From contig CAXXGO010000006.1 of assembly GCA_963666835.2 (NCBI GenBank), forward strand, positions 160,001-224,000: DNA of 64,000 nucleotides, written 5' to 3'. Under the pieces are notes generated by a model. The model worked only from the letters and a program-made list of their open reading frames with translations, was not told the origin of the DNA and searched no databases. Position 1 is the first letter of the stretch. Each line of letters begins with the position of its first letter. The position numbers and the translations under genes are program-made. Shown here piece by piece: positions 20,910 through 29,717 of this stretch. This stretch comes from Phycisphaerae bacterium (GTDB lineage Bacteria; Planctomycetota; Phycisphaerae; UBA1845).

Positions 20910-21134
20910 CTTCAGAGGTCCGACGTACCGAAAACGGACCGAAACGGACCCCCCCCAAAAAAAATCAGCGCCCCCATATCGCGATTAGTAGCTCTCAAAG
21001 GCGGATCTCAGTCTCTCCCGGCGGACGGTCCGGTCCGGTCCGATGGTCCGCTCTCCCCCTTTTTAAAGGCGAGCGTGGTTGATCGGTGGCAAACAGTCGC
21101 TGACACGGTCGCGACATGAAATGGGAGATTGGAC

Positions 21135-21392
21135 ATGAATTGTACTCAGAAGGCGAACGTGGGCGGACGAAGTGGCGAGGCCGATCGGGTACCGGTTGAG
21201 CTTGTCGACGTCGAAACGGTGGCTCGGGTGTTGGGGTGCTCCACCCGGACCGTCTACCGGCTGGCGGATTCCGGGAAGATGCCGAGGCCGGTCAAGCTGG
21301 GGCAGTTGGTTCGCTGGCCGCGGACCGAGTTGGAGCGGTGGATTGCCGACGGCTGTCCGGCCGTTCGCTCTTGTCGGAGGGCGAGCCGATGA
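21135..21392 (+). CDS. AlpA/excisionase-family HTH regulator
   Basis: LVDVETVARVLGCSTRTVYRLADSGKMPRPVKLGQLVRWPRTELERWI. Confidence 0.88.
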   Translation: MNCTQKANVGGRSGEADRVPVELVDVETVARVLGCSTRTVYRLADSGKMPRPVKLGQLVRWPRTELERWIADGCPAVRSCRRASR

Positions 21393-21883
21393 GGGGGGCG
21401 GATAGCGGAATCACCGAAGGTGAACGGCGAAAGGCCGAAGCGCTCGCCCTGCTCGAATCGCGGCGGGAGCTGTACGTGCTCCGTGGGCGGCGGGCGTTGT
21501 TGCTCGCACTTCTGGCGACCGGGGAGGCTACGGCCGACGCGGTCCGGAACGTGGTCAAGCTTCCGCCGGGAATAGACCCGAAGCTATTCGGGAGCGTCCC
21601 GGGGGCACTCGCCCGCGGCGGGATCATCCGGAAGGCGGGGTTCACGGAATCGGATCGGCCGCAGGCCCATCGACGGCCGATTCTGGTGTGGCAACTGGCG
21701 GATCCGGCGGCGGCGCGGCGCTGGCTGGCGACTCACCCGGACCGCCAGGACCCGCAAGACGAGATCGGCGGCGCGCCGACTCTTCCGATTGAAAGCAGAC
21801 CCTCACCCCGTGACAGCACACCGGGCGAGGGATCAACAAGAAAGGAATATTCATGTACGGTTATAACAAACCGACACGATTAA
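21389..21883 (+). CDS. Hypothetical protein (winged-helix-like)
   Basis: ATGA-coupled to the AlpA stop; lies in the island replication operon. Confidence 0.65.
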   Translation: MRGADSGITEGERRKAEALALLESRRELYVLRGRRALLLALLATGEATADAVRNVVKLPPGIDPKLFGSVPGALARGGIIRKAGFTESDRPQAHRRPILVWQLADPAAARRWLATHPDRQDPQDEIGGAPTLPIESRPSPRDSTPGEGSTRKEYSCTVITNRHD

Positions 21884-22407
21884 GCGACATTCTAGCGGGC
21901 GAAACTCAACAGAATCTGGCCAAGCAATGGGAGAGCACCGAAGCGGCGCCGGACTTCGTCCTGTTGCCGTCCGGGACCTACGAAGCACACGTTCAGGCCA
22001 TCGAGCTTTTCAACGCTCGAACGGGGACGCCGGGCGTCAAGGTGACGTTTCGGCTAGCCGAGGGCGAGCACGCCGGGCGGAATCTCTATTCCGATCTGTG
22101 GCTAACACCGGCGGCACTCCCGCAAACGAAGCGCGATCTTGGGAAACTCGGGGTCCAGACGCTGGAACAACTCGAATCGGCGAAGTTGACTCCCGGGCGG
22201 ATTCGCTGCCGGGTGCGGGTTGCACTTCGGAGGGGGGATGACGGCTCCGAGTACAACTCTGTCCGCGGGTTCGATTTCGTCAAAGTGGAAGGACCCGAGG
22301 CGGACCCGTTCGCGCCTCCCGATGAGGCCGCGCCGGTGGCGCCCGAGAGCACTGAACCGGAGAACGGGGCGGACCCCGAGGAAGGGGGCGACGGTGTACC
22401 GTTCTGA
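21853..22407 (+). CDS. DUF669-like putative single-stranded DNA-binding protein
   Basis: DFVLLPSGTYEAHV...GEHAGRNLY..., acidic tail ending GDGVPF, AAGGA RBS. Confidence 0.7.
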   Translation: MYGYNKPTRLSDILAGETQQNLAKQWESTEAAPDFVLLPSGTYEAHVQAIELFNARTGTPGVKVTFRLAEGEHAGRNLYSDLWLTPAALPQTKRDLGKLGVQTLEQLESAKLTPGRIRCRVRVALRRGDDGSEYNSVRGFDFVKVEGPEADPFAPPDEAAPVAPESTEPENGADPEEGGDGVPF

Positions 22408-23458
22408 TGATTTCCGCTTCGGGTTTCGGGTCTTGGGGGATTGTCGACAGCCGCGCCGGGTGGTCGACGCCGGCGCGGCGCTTACCGCCTATGCGGCTTG
22501 TCACGCGCGTTGCGAGTTGGACCGAGAATCCTACCTGTCCGCGTTCTGCTTTGACGCCGGGTTCCGCCGTCACCTGGACGGCACCAATTCAACCGCAGGC
22601 TATCACGGGCCGTGCTGGGCTTCCTGGCTTTGGTGGGATGTCGATGCACCGGACGGGGAGCTATCGACCGTCAGAGAGCCTCTGAGGCGGCTTATCGTGG
22701 CCGTGGTGGACGGCTTGCAGACTGACGAAGACGACTTGCTGGTGTTCCTCAGCGGGTCGAAGGGCTTCCATGTCGGCATTCCCACGGCGTTGTGGTCGCC
22801 CGAGCCGGGGCGGGACTTTCACCGAATTGTCCGGCGGTTTGCCGAGACCGTGGCCGAACGTGCCGGGGTCGACATCGACAACGGCGTTTATGACCGGGTC
22901 CGGTGTTGGCGGGCTCCGAACTCTCGGCATCCCAAGACAGGGCTTCACAAACGCAGGCTGACCGTGGACGAAGCTTCGCACCTGTCTACCGAGGCCCTGT
23001 TGACCTTGGCCAAGAAGCCGGAGCCTCTCGAGCTGCCGAAGCCGACCGCCCGAAGCGAACCGGCTTCCCGGTTGTGGGCCGAAGTGGCCGGGCAAGTCCG
23101 CAGTGAAGCCGAAGCCAAGGCCGCGCTCCCGAATGGCGGGACCGGACCGGTGAGGCTGAACCGCGGGACTCTCGAATACATCCGTAACGGGGCCGCGACC
23201 GGTGACCGGCATCGGCTGCTTTATTCCGCGGCGGCGGATCTGGCCGGGGCGGGGGCATCTTTGGGGCTTTGTGACGCGCTTCTGTCTGAGGCGGGGCTTG
23301 ACTGTGGGCTTCCACCGACGGACGTACGCCGAGCGGTAGAGAACGGATGGACAAGCGTTCAACCGCAGGTGCGGGACGCGTGCGAAGCCGTGAACGGGAA
23401 AGTGGTTACCGTACATTCAGGGCCGACCGAGGCCACTACGGAAGGGGGTGCCGCATGA
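22394..23458 (+). CDS. Primase/primase-polymerase (AEP-like)
   Basis: WWDVD (DxD), FLSGSKGFHV, IDNGVYDRVRCWRAPNSRHPKTG, PriCT-like GDRHRLLY; GTG start at 22394. Confidence 0.78.
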   Translation: MYRSDDFRFGFRVLGDCRQPRRVVDAGAALTAYAACHARCELDRESYLSAFCFDAGFRRHLDGTNSTAGYHGPCWASWLWWDVDAPDGELSTVREPLRRLIVAVVDGLQTDEDDLLVFLSGSKGFHVGIPTALWSPEPGRDFHRIVRRFAETVAERAGVDIDNGVYDRVRCWRAPNSRHPKTGLHKRRLTVDEASHLSTEALLTLAKKPEPLELPKPTARSEPASRLWAEVAGQVRSEAEAKAALPNGGTGPVRLNRGTLEYIRNGAATGDRHRLLYSAAADLAGAGASLGLCDALLSEAGLDCGLPPTDVRRAVENGWTSVQPQVRDACEAVNGKVVTVHSGPTEATTEGGAA

Positions 23459-24546
23459 ACGCGAACTACACTACTGCTGCCGATGTCTTCGTTGACTGGA
23501 GGGACACCCTATTTAACGGTGAGCGTCCGGTTCTGTATCCCGTGGGGTTGGGAGCGTTTGACCGGGTCGAGATCGGGCCGGGGCGCGTGGTGCTCATCGG
23601 CGGCTTACCGGGCGGCGGCAAAACCGCGCTGACTATGCAGTTTGTGGTCGAGGCATTGCGGTTGTCCAAAGACCTTAAGGCGGTGGTTGTCAATGTGGAA
23701 ATGACTCCGGCCGTCTTGCTGGACCGGCAGCTTGCCCGGTTGTCGGGGGTCCCGCTCGATGTTATCGCCAAGCGGAAGCTGGACGAATGCCACGCCGACA
23801 ACATCGATCAGGCGTTGGCTACCCTGGAGAGTATCGCGGACCGGCTGGCGTTCGTGCGACCGCCCTACGATCTGGCCAACACGGCCGAAACCGCGGACGA
23901 TTTCGAGGGGGAGCTGTTGGTCCTCGATTACTTGCAGCGGATCAAGCCGCCCGGGGAACACGCCGATCGGCGCGGCTCGGTTGATTCCGTTATGGGATAC
24001 TTGCGGGGGTTTGTCGATGTCGGTTGCGCGGTGTTGTGCGTCTCCGCAATGGCGCGCACGAAGGACCGGCGGGGGCGTTCGTCCTATGACGGGGACTCGT
24101 TGTCGCTGGCGAGCTTCCGCGAATCGTCGGAACTGGAGTACGGGGCGGATACCGCTTATGCCCTGACACCGAATCCGCGGGATCCGGAGTCAGTGACGTT
24201 GCGTTGTCTGAAACATCGACACGGGGAACCGGTCGATACGGCTTTGTGTTTCGACCGGCGGCTGCAACGCTTCACGCCCGAGGGTCCGGCGCCGACTCGG
24301 ACGAAGGCTGAACCGGGCAAGATGGCGGCCGCGCTTGGCGAGTTGTGGAGACGGACGCCCGCGGCGAATGATGACGACGGGGCGAGTCTTGAACTCGGAT
24401 TCGCCCATCATTCCACCCGGGCAGACCCTTCCGGCGATGGACTCGCCCGAACCTTCAACCGGCCGAACCAAGCGGGCGGGTGGCAACACCCGTCCGCGGC
24501 CGGGGAGGTCGACCGGGCGCTGGCAGACCCTGAACTACTTCTGTGA
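23455..24546 (+). CDS. DnaB-like (SF4) helicase ATPase
   Basis: Walker A GGLPGGGKT, NVEM, LVLDYLQ, FRESSELEYGAD, LKHRHG; ATGA-coupled to the primase. Confidence 0.85.
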   Translation: MNANYTTAADVFVDWRDTLFNGERPVLYPVGLGAFDRVEIGPGRVVLIGGLPGGGKTALTMQFVVEALRLSKDLKAVVVNVEMTPAVLLDRQLARLSGVPLDVIAKRKLDECHADNIDQALATLESIADRLAFVRPPYDLANTAETADDFEGELLVLDYLQRIKPPGEHADRRGSVDSVMGYLRGFVDVGCAVLCVSAMARTKDRRGRSSYDGDSLSLASFRESSELEYGADTAYALTPNPRDPESVTLRCLKHRHGEPVDTALCFDRRLQRFTPEGPAPTRTKAEPGKMAAALGELWRRTPAANDDDGASLELGFAHHSTRADPSGDGLARTFNRPNQAGGWQHPSAAGEVDRALADPELLL

Positions 24547-24799
24547 CGTGACGATGCGGACGCTTTCCCCGTTGGCCGCGGCTCTGTGGTTTCAACTGTT
24601 CCGAAACACGAAGCCGGACGGGGTGGCGCAAGTGTCGCAAGTCGAGTTAGCGCGGCGAATCGGTAGGTCGGTGCGGGCGCTTCGGGCGGCACTCCGGCAA
24701 CTGCAATCGGCGGGGCTGGTGACGGTAATTCACCGCGGCTCGATGAACGCCGGATCAAGCATCTATCGGGTGCGAGCAAGGCGAAAGGATGACCGTTGA
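24368..24799 (+). CDS. Winged-helix protein, replication-initiator-like
   Basis: SQVELARRIGRSVRALRAALRQLQSAGLVTV...SSIYRV, followed directly by iteron-like repeats; start uncertain. Confidence 0.65.
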   Translation: MMTTGRVLNSDSPIIPPGQTLPAMDSPEPSTGRTKRAGGNTRPRPGRSTGRWQTLNYFCDVTMRTLSPLAAALWFQLFRNTKPDGVAQVSQVELARRIGRSVRALRAALRQLQSAGLVTVIHRGSMNAGSSIYRVRARRKDDR

Positions 24800-24800
24800 C

Positions 24801-24912
24801 ACCGGAAGCATACTGCCGGTTTACGGAGGAAGTATGCTTCCGGTATACGGCGGAAGTGTGCTTCCGGTTACGGCGGCAGAATCGCGCACACACGCAGGAA
24901 GCAGGCTTCCGC
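24801..24912. repeat. Iteron-like palindromic repeats (putative island origin)
   Basis: Four copies of GGAAG-N4-CT(T/G)CCG at ~24804, 24827, 24852 and 24897. Confidence 0.65.
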
Positions 24913-25029
24913 CTGTCCAGAATGGACCAGAACACGGGTGTGCACTGACGTGCACGGACCCGTAGGAAGACAGAAGAAGCGCGGCTGTGGGGCTTGACTC
25001 CGGCCGAACATAGGATGACGCTGGACATC

Positions 25030-25248
25030 ATGAAGAAGCAAACCACCGAATCACGAACGCTGACCGAGGTACTCCGCGAAGCTCTGAACAACGCCGAATC
25101 GGTGCGGGCGGTTGCCCGGGCGACCGGGCTTGAACAGGCTTCGCTTGTGCGGTTCCGGACCGGGCAACGAACGCTCCGACTCGACAAGGCCGACATCCTG
25201 GCCGCTTACTTCGGAATCGAATACCGCCAGACCAAACGGAAGGGGTAA
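25030..25248 (+). CDS. Small XRE/Cro-like HTH protein
   Basis: SVRAVARATGLEQASLVRFRTGQRTLRLDKADILAAYFG, directly upstream of the integrase. Confidence 0.75.
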   Translation: MKKQTTESRTLTEVLREALNNAESVRAVARATGLEQASLVRFRTGQRTLRLDKADILAAYFGIEYRQTKRKG

Positions 25249-25253
25249 CCGCG

Positions 25254-27131
25254 ATGGGACATGTTTACCGCCAAGAGTACACGAAGCCGCTACCCGACGG
25301 GGCCGAAGTATCCGTCCGCAAGGGGGAACGGGTCGCCCGGTGGGTCGATGGGCGCGGCCGGAAGCGGACCGCGAAGGTAACCACGGGGCGGGACGGAACG
25401 GACCGTATTCTCGTTCAGAGCGGCATCTACACCGCGAAGTACCGCAACGGGGCCGGGCACGTCGTGACGGTCGCGACCGGGTGCCGATCGAAGGATGCGG
25501 CATTGTCCATGCTGACCGAGCTTCAAGGCCGGGCCGACAAGGTGCGGTCCGGCGGATGGACCGCGGCCGAAGATGCGGTCCTGGACCACAAGAGCACGCC
25601 GATTGCCGAGCACGTTGCCGCTTACCTGGCCTACCTGCGGACGAAGCGGGGCAAGGGGGCTCGGGCGAGGGTATCACCGCACCACGTGGAGAACGTGCGG
25701 CATTGTCTCCGGATCGTCCCCCAATGCGGTTTCGAGCGACTCCGCGACTTGAACCGCGAAGCTGCGGAAAAGTGGGCGGACCGGGCCGAGGCCGACGGCA
25801 TGGGGGCTCGGACGATCAACGATTGTCTTTCGGCGTTGACCGCGTTCGGGAACTGGTGTGTCGAGACGAAGCGGATTATTGCGAACCCGTTTACCCGGTT
25901 ACCGATGCGAGACCAGAAGGCCGACCGGCGGAGAACTCGCCGAGCGCTCACGGGCGATGAACTCCGGCGATTGCTCAAGGTGGCGCGGCTCCGTCCGGTA
26001 GCCGAGTACGGGCGTAAGACCGTTCGCACCGCGGAAGGCGACTCCCCGACCGACAAGCGAAGCCGACGGACCTGGAAGAAAGAGCCGCTGACCTATGACG
26101 ACATCGAGGCCGCTACCGAACGGGGCCGCGACGCTCTGGCCAAGCGGCCGGACTATCTGGCCAAGCTGGAAGAACGGGGGCGAGGTCGGGCCCTGGTCTA
26201 CAAGGCGTTGGTCCTAACGGGGTTGCGGAAGGGGGAGCTTACCGCGGTGACGGTCCGGCACCTGGAGCTATCGGGACCGCAACCGTTCATCGTGCTCGAT
26301 GCGGCAGATGAGAAGGCCGGACGGGGAGCCGAGATACCACTTCGGGGCGACTTGGCAGAAGACGTGCGGGAGTGGCTGGCGGACCGGCTGGAGAAACTCC
26401 GAGCCGAAGCACGTGCCGAGGGCAGACCCGTTCCCGCCATGCTCCCGGCCGATCTTCCGGTATTCGACGTTCCGGCCGCGCTGGTGCGGATCATGGACCG
26501 GGACTTGGTGGCGTGTGGGATAGCCAAGCTGGTCACCGATGAGCGGGGCCGGGTGCGGGTCGACAAGAGCGACGATCGGGGCCGGACCGTGGACGTTCAC
26601 GCGCTACGGCACACGTTCGGAACCCACCTGAGCAAGGGCGGGGTTGCCCCACGGACCGCACAGGCCGCGATGCGACACAGCAATATCGACCTGACGATGA
26701 ACACCTACACCGATCCGCGGCTTCTGGACGTGGCCGGGGCACTGGACGTGCTCCCGTCCCTCCCGCTGGCCGGGGGGGGACCCGAAGCCGAGCAGCAAAG
26801 GGTGACCGGGACCACGGACCGGACGGTACCCGCGGGGCGTGTTCGGGGTCTCGACGGGACCGCCGACGGAAACCGGGCGGAGCCTCAGCGGACCGCGACC
26901 GGCCGGGCCGAACCCACCGAAAACAGGTCGAGTTTGCTTACACCAATGCTTACACCAAATTCCGGCAAACGGTGCATATTCGGGGCATCTGGTGACAAAG
27001 GCGCGACATCGAGCCCGGAAGGGCGGGGCGTCGTAAGTGACGTGGCTGACAAGAGTTACGAACGACAGGCAAGCCCTGTCAAACAGCGGGTGATGGGACT
27101 TGAACCCACGACATTCACGTTGGCAACGTGA
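25254..27131 (+). CDS. Tyrosine recombinase/integrase
   Basis: Catalytic motifs TGLRKGEL (R), EKAGR (K), HALRHTF (HxxR), MRHSNIDLTMNTY (H, Y); the 3' end overlaps the tRNA on the opposite strand. Confidence 0.95.
   Translation: MGHVYRQEYTKPLPDGAEVSVRKGERVARWVDGRGRKRTAKVTTGRDGTDRILVQSGIYTAKYRNGAGHVVTVATGCRSKDAALSMLTELQGRADKVRSGGWTAAEDAVLDHKSTPIAEHVAAYLAYLRTKRGKGARARVSPHHVENVRHCLRIVPQCGFERLRDLNREAAEKWADRAEADGMGARTINDCLSALTAFGNWCVETKRIIANPFTRLPMRDQKADRRRTRRALTGDELRRLLKVARLRPVAEYGRKTVRTAEGDSPTDKRSRRTWKKEPLTYDDIEAATERGRDALAKRPDYLAKLEERGRGRALVYKALVLTGLRKGELTAVTVRHLELSGPQPFIVLDAADEKAGRGAEIPLRGDLAEDVREWLADRLEKLRAEARAEGRPVPAMLPADLPVFDVPAALVRIMDRDLVACGIAKLVTDERGRVRVDKSDDRGRTVDVHALRHTFGTHLSKGGVAPRTAQAAMRHSNIDLTMNTYTDPRLLDVAGALDVLPSLPLAGGGPEAEQQRVTGTTDRTVPAGRVRGLDGTADGNRAEPQRTATGRAEPTENRSSLLTPMLTPNSGKRCIFGASGDKGATSSPEGRGVVSDVADKSYERQASPVKQRVMGLEPTTFTLAT
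26936..26956 (+). promoter_or_regulatory. Putative integrase arm-type site
   Basis: GCTTACACCAATGCTTACACC, identical to 15493..15513. Confidence 0.7.
27022..27130. repeat. Right attachment site
   Basis: Direct repeat of 15329..15437; includes the tRNA 3' part. Confidence 0.92.
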
Positions 27132-27156
27132 TGCTCTACCACTGAGCTACACCCGC
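27085..27156 (-). tRNA. tRNA-Gly (anticodon GCC), CCA not encoded
   Basis: Reverse complement GCGGGTGTAGCTCAGTGGTAGAGCATCACGTTGCCAACGTGAATGTCGTGGGTTCAAGTCCCATCACCCGCT folds as a cloverleaf. Confidence 0.97.
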
Positions 27157-27549
27157 ACTTCGGTACACCAGCACAATACCCTAGTCAACTCCGCCGGGCC
27201 TGTCAATCCGTGCGGACAAGGACGTCGGAGCCATTTCGGCAGCGGTCTGCGGCGTGCTTTTCTCGGACTGCCGCCCCTGTAACGTAGGCATCCTGCCAGC
27301 AAAACGCCGCCCGACGCGCAGTCCGGTAGGTCGGGCTCCGCCCGACGCGAGATTCCGCCTGTAGAGACAAACCGCCCCCCCCCGGGGAAGGTGTCTGGCA
27401 GAGCCCAACCTTCTTGGGGAGCGCTCCGCTGCCGGGGTGTGGGAGGGCGGGGCGACGCAGATTTGCCAAGTCCCCCAATCGCCGTTAGGTTGCGTGCCCT
27501 AGCAGAGCCCGCAGTTCTGCGGGCCGGACTCTAACGAAAGGTAGCCAAA

Positions 27550-28251
27550 ATGAACCGTCGCGTAGGCGTTATCGTGTTGACCGTGCCGTTCTTCGCTCTT
27601 TCCGGACTCGCTCGCGCGGAAGAGACTGTTGAGTCCATCGAGAAGAAGATCATCGCCAAGTGGGCCAAAGTTCCGTCGATGACGGCCAAGACCACGATGG
27701 ACATGACCATGCAGGGCATGTCGATGAAGTCGACGGGCACGATGGAGTACATGAAGAAAGGCGAAAAGGAGCTGTACCGGATAGAAATGACCATGTCGCA
27801 GAGCTTCGCCGGCCAGGAGATGAAGGGAGGCGCGTCCACCGTCTGTGAGGGAGACTACGTCTACGTCCTCACGGACATGATGGGTCAGAAGAACGCCATG
27901 AAACAGAAGGCCGAGGACTTCAAAGGCTCTCCGGGCGGCGAGCAGATGTTCAAGACTCTCAAGGAAACCAACGAGCTGAAGGTGCTGCCGGATGAGAAGG
28001 TGGATGGTCAAGCGGTTTACGTTCTTGAAGCGAAGCCCAAATCAGGCGGAATGCAGCAGATAGCCAAGACCAAGTTGTTCTTCGCAAAGGACACCGGGAT
28101 CCCCATTAAGACCCTTGGGCTTGGTCCGAATGACGAGGCCATAATGACCATGACGGTTACCGACATCAAGCTCGGTGCAAACGTCGATGCCGCCCGGTTC
28201 GTCTTCAAGGCTCCGGAGGGCGTGGAAGTCATAGACGTGCCCGAGTCCTAA
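27550..28251 (+). CDS. LolA-like outer-membrane lipoprotein-sorting/carrier protein
   Basis: Signal peptide, EKVDGQAVYVLE, C-terminal FVFKAPEGVEVID. Confidence 0.7.
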   Translation: MNRRVGVIVLTVPFFALSGLARAEETVESIEKKIIAKWAKVPSMTAKTTMDMTMQGMSMKSTGTMEYMKKGEKELYRIEMTMSQSFAGQEMKGGASTVCEGDYVYVLTDMMGQKNAMKQKAEDFKGSPGGEQMFKTLKETNELKVLPDEKVDGQAVYVLEAKPKSGGMQQIAKTKLFFAKDTGIPIKTLGLGPNDEAIMTMTVTDIKLGANVDAARFVFKAPEGVEVIDVPES

Positions 28252-28259
28252 CCGCCGCG

Positions 28260-29456
28260 ATGGCCCCGAATATTCGGGACATTCGACACAAGATCGAACA
28301 CGGTGAGCCGCTCACCGCCGCGGATGGGGTGTGCTTATACGAATCGGTCGACATCCACACCTTGGGTGAGCTGGCCAACGGATTGCGGGAGAGCATCAAC
28401 GGGCGCCGCGCCTATTACAACATCAACCGGCATATTAACTACACGAACTACTGCGTATTGCGCTGCCGGTTCTGCTCGTTCTATCGCCCGTTTCCGACGG
28501 CCCGGGTGAATAAGGTCGGTCCTACTCCCGACGGCTATGAGCTGTCGGTGGACGAGATCGTCGGCCGCGCGAGAACCGCGTACGCCGCCGGCGCGACGGA
28601 GATTCACGTGGTCGGGGGCTTGCACCCCCGGCTGCCGTTTTCCTATTACACGGACATGTGTACCGCGGTGCGGGAGGCGTGCCCGCACCTGCACATTAAG
28701 GCGTTCACCGCGATTGAGATAATCCACTTCGCCCGGATCGCCAAGCCGCGGTTGTCGGTCGAAGTGGTGCTGCGCCGATTGCAGGAGGCCGGGCTGGGCA
28801 GTCTGCCGGGGGGCGGGGCGGAGATCTTCGACGACCGGGTCCACGACGACGCGTTTAAAAACAAGGTCGGCGAGACCGAGTGGTTCGAGGTCCACCGGAT
28901 CGCGCATGATTTGGGCATCTACACGAACGCGACCATGTTGTACGGTCACATCGAGACCAAGGCCGAGCGAATCGAACATCTGATCAAGCTTCGCAAGCAC
29001 CAGTCCGAGAGCCTGCGCCGCGGCAACGCCGGTTTCAATTGTGTCGTTCCTCTGTCATTTATTCCGGAGAACACCGCCTTGGCGCACTTGCCGGGGCCGA
29101 GCGGGCTGGATGATCTGAAAACGCTGGCGATTACCCGGTTGATGTGCCCGAACATCCCGCACATCAAGGCGTTTTGGATCATGCAGACGCCCAAGCTCGC
29201 GCAGGTGTCGCTCAACTGGGGGGTGGATGATATGGACGGCACCGTCGTGCAATACGACATCACCAAGCGCGAGGGCGGCGGAACCGTCCATCAGGAGCTT
29301 TCCGTCGACCGGCTCAAACGGCTCATGGTCGAAGCCGGTTGCGAACCTGTGGAGCGTGATACGCTCTATCGCAATATAACTCGCGACGAAACCTGTTGGC
29401 GGGTGGAAGGGGAAGCCTGGTCGGTGCCGTACGACGCAACCGCCTTGTCCGGGTAG
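28260..29456 (+). CDS. mqnE: Aminofutalosine synthase (CofH/MqnE-family radical SAM)
   Basis: HINYTNYCVLRCRFCSF (CxxxCxxC), KAFTAIEI, PGGGAEIF, NATMLYGH, HIKAFW, VERDTLY. Confidence 0.85.
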   Translation: MAPNIRDIRHKIEHGEPLTAADGVCLYESVDIHTLGELANGLRESINGRRAYYNINRHINYTNYCVLRCRFCSFYRPFPTARVNKVGPTPDGYELSVDEIVGRARTAYAAGATEIHVVGGLHPRLPFSYYTDMCTAVREACPHLHIKAFTAIEIIHFARIAKPRLSVEVVLRRLQEAGLGSLPGGGAEIFDDRVHDDAFKNKVGETEWFEVHRIAHDLGIYTNATMLYGHIETKAERIEHLIKLRKHQSESLRRGNAGFNCVVPLSFIPENTALAHLPGPSGLDDLKTLAITRLMCPNIPHIKAFWIMQTPKLAQVSLNWGVDDMDGTVVQYDITKREGGGTVHQELSVDRLKRLMVEAGCEPVERDTLYRNITRDETCWRVEGEAWSVPYDATALSG

Positions 29457-29564
29457 CCCCGTAGCGCTGGCATCCCTCAGACAGCGCCGGCGTCCCCCAC
29501 GTAACGTAGGCATCCTGCCTGCAATACGCCGGATAACGTCGGCGACGTCGGAACGTCGGCATGC

Positions 29565-29652
29565 GTAGGGCACGGTCGAGGTACGAGACCTGCCGTAGTC
29601 CTGGCGCGATATGCGTTTTGATGGCAGGTCTCGTACCTCGACCATGCCCTAC
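29565..29652. repeat. Inverted pair of a 30-bp GTAG-type REP (GTAGGGCAYGGTCGAGGWACGAGACCTGCC)
   Basis: Further copies at ~15121, 32356, 32505, 32566, 36087, 36479, 39159, 54141 and 57060. Confidence 0.85.
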
Positions 29653-29717
29653 GGCCCTTACGCGAGGCACCCCCCGCCGAAAATAGGTGACTGTCCCTAA
29701 TTAAGAAGGTCGCCCGC

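Larger units (their letters stand above)
15392..27130. mobile_element. ~11.7-kb integrative element / phage-satellite (PICI-like) island in tRNA-Gly(GCC)
   Basis: Bounded by direct repeats of the tRNA 3' part. Encodes a tyrosine integrase, AlpA-like HTH, primase-like and DnaB-like proteins and a Nu1-like small terminase; no capsid or tail genes. Confidence 0.9.
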
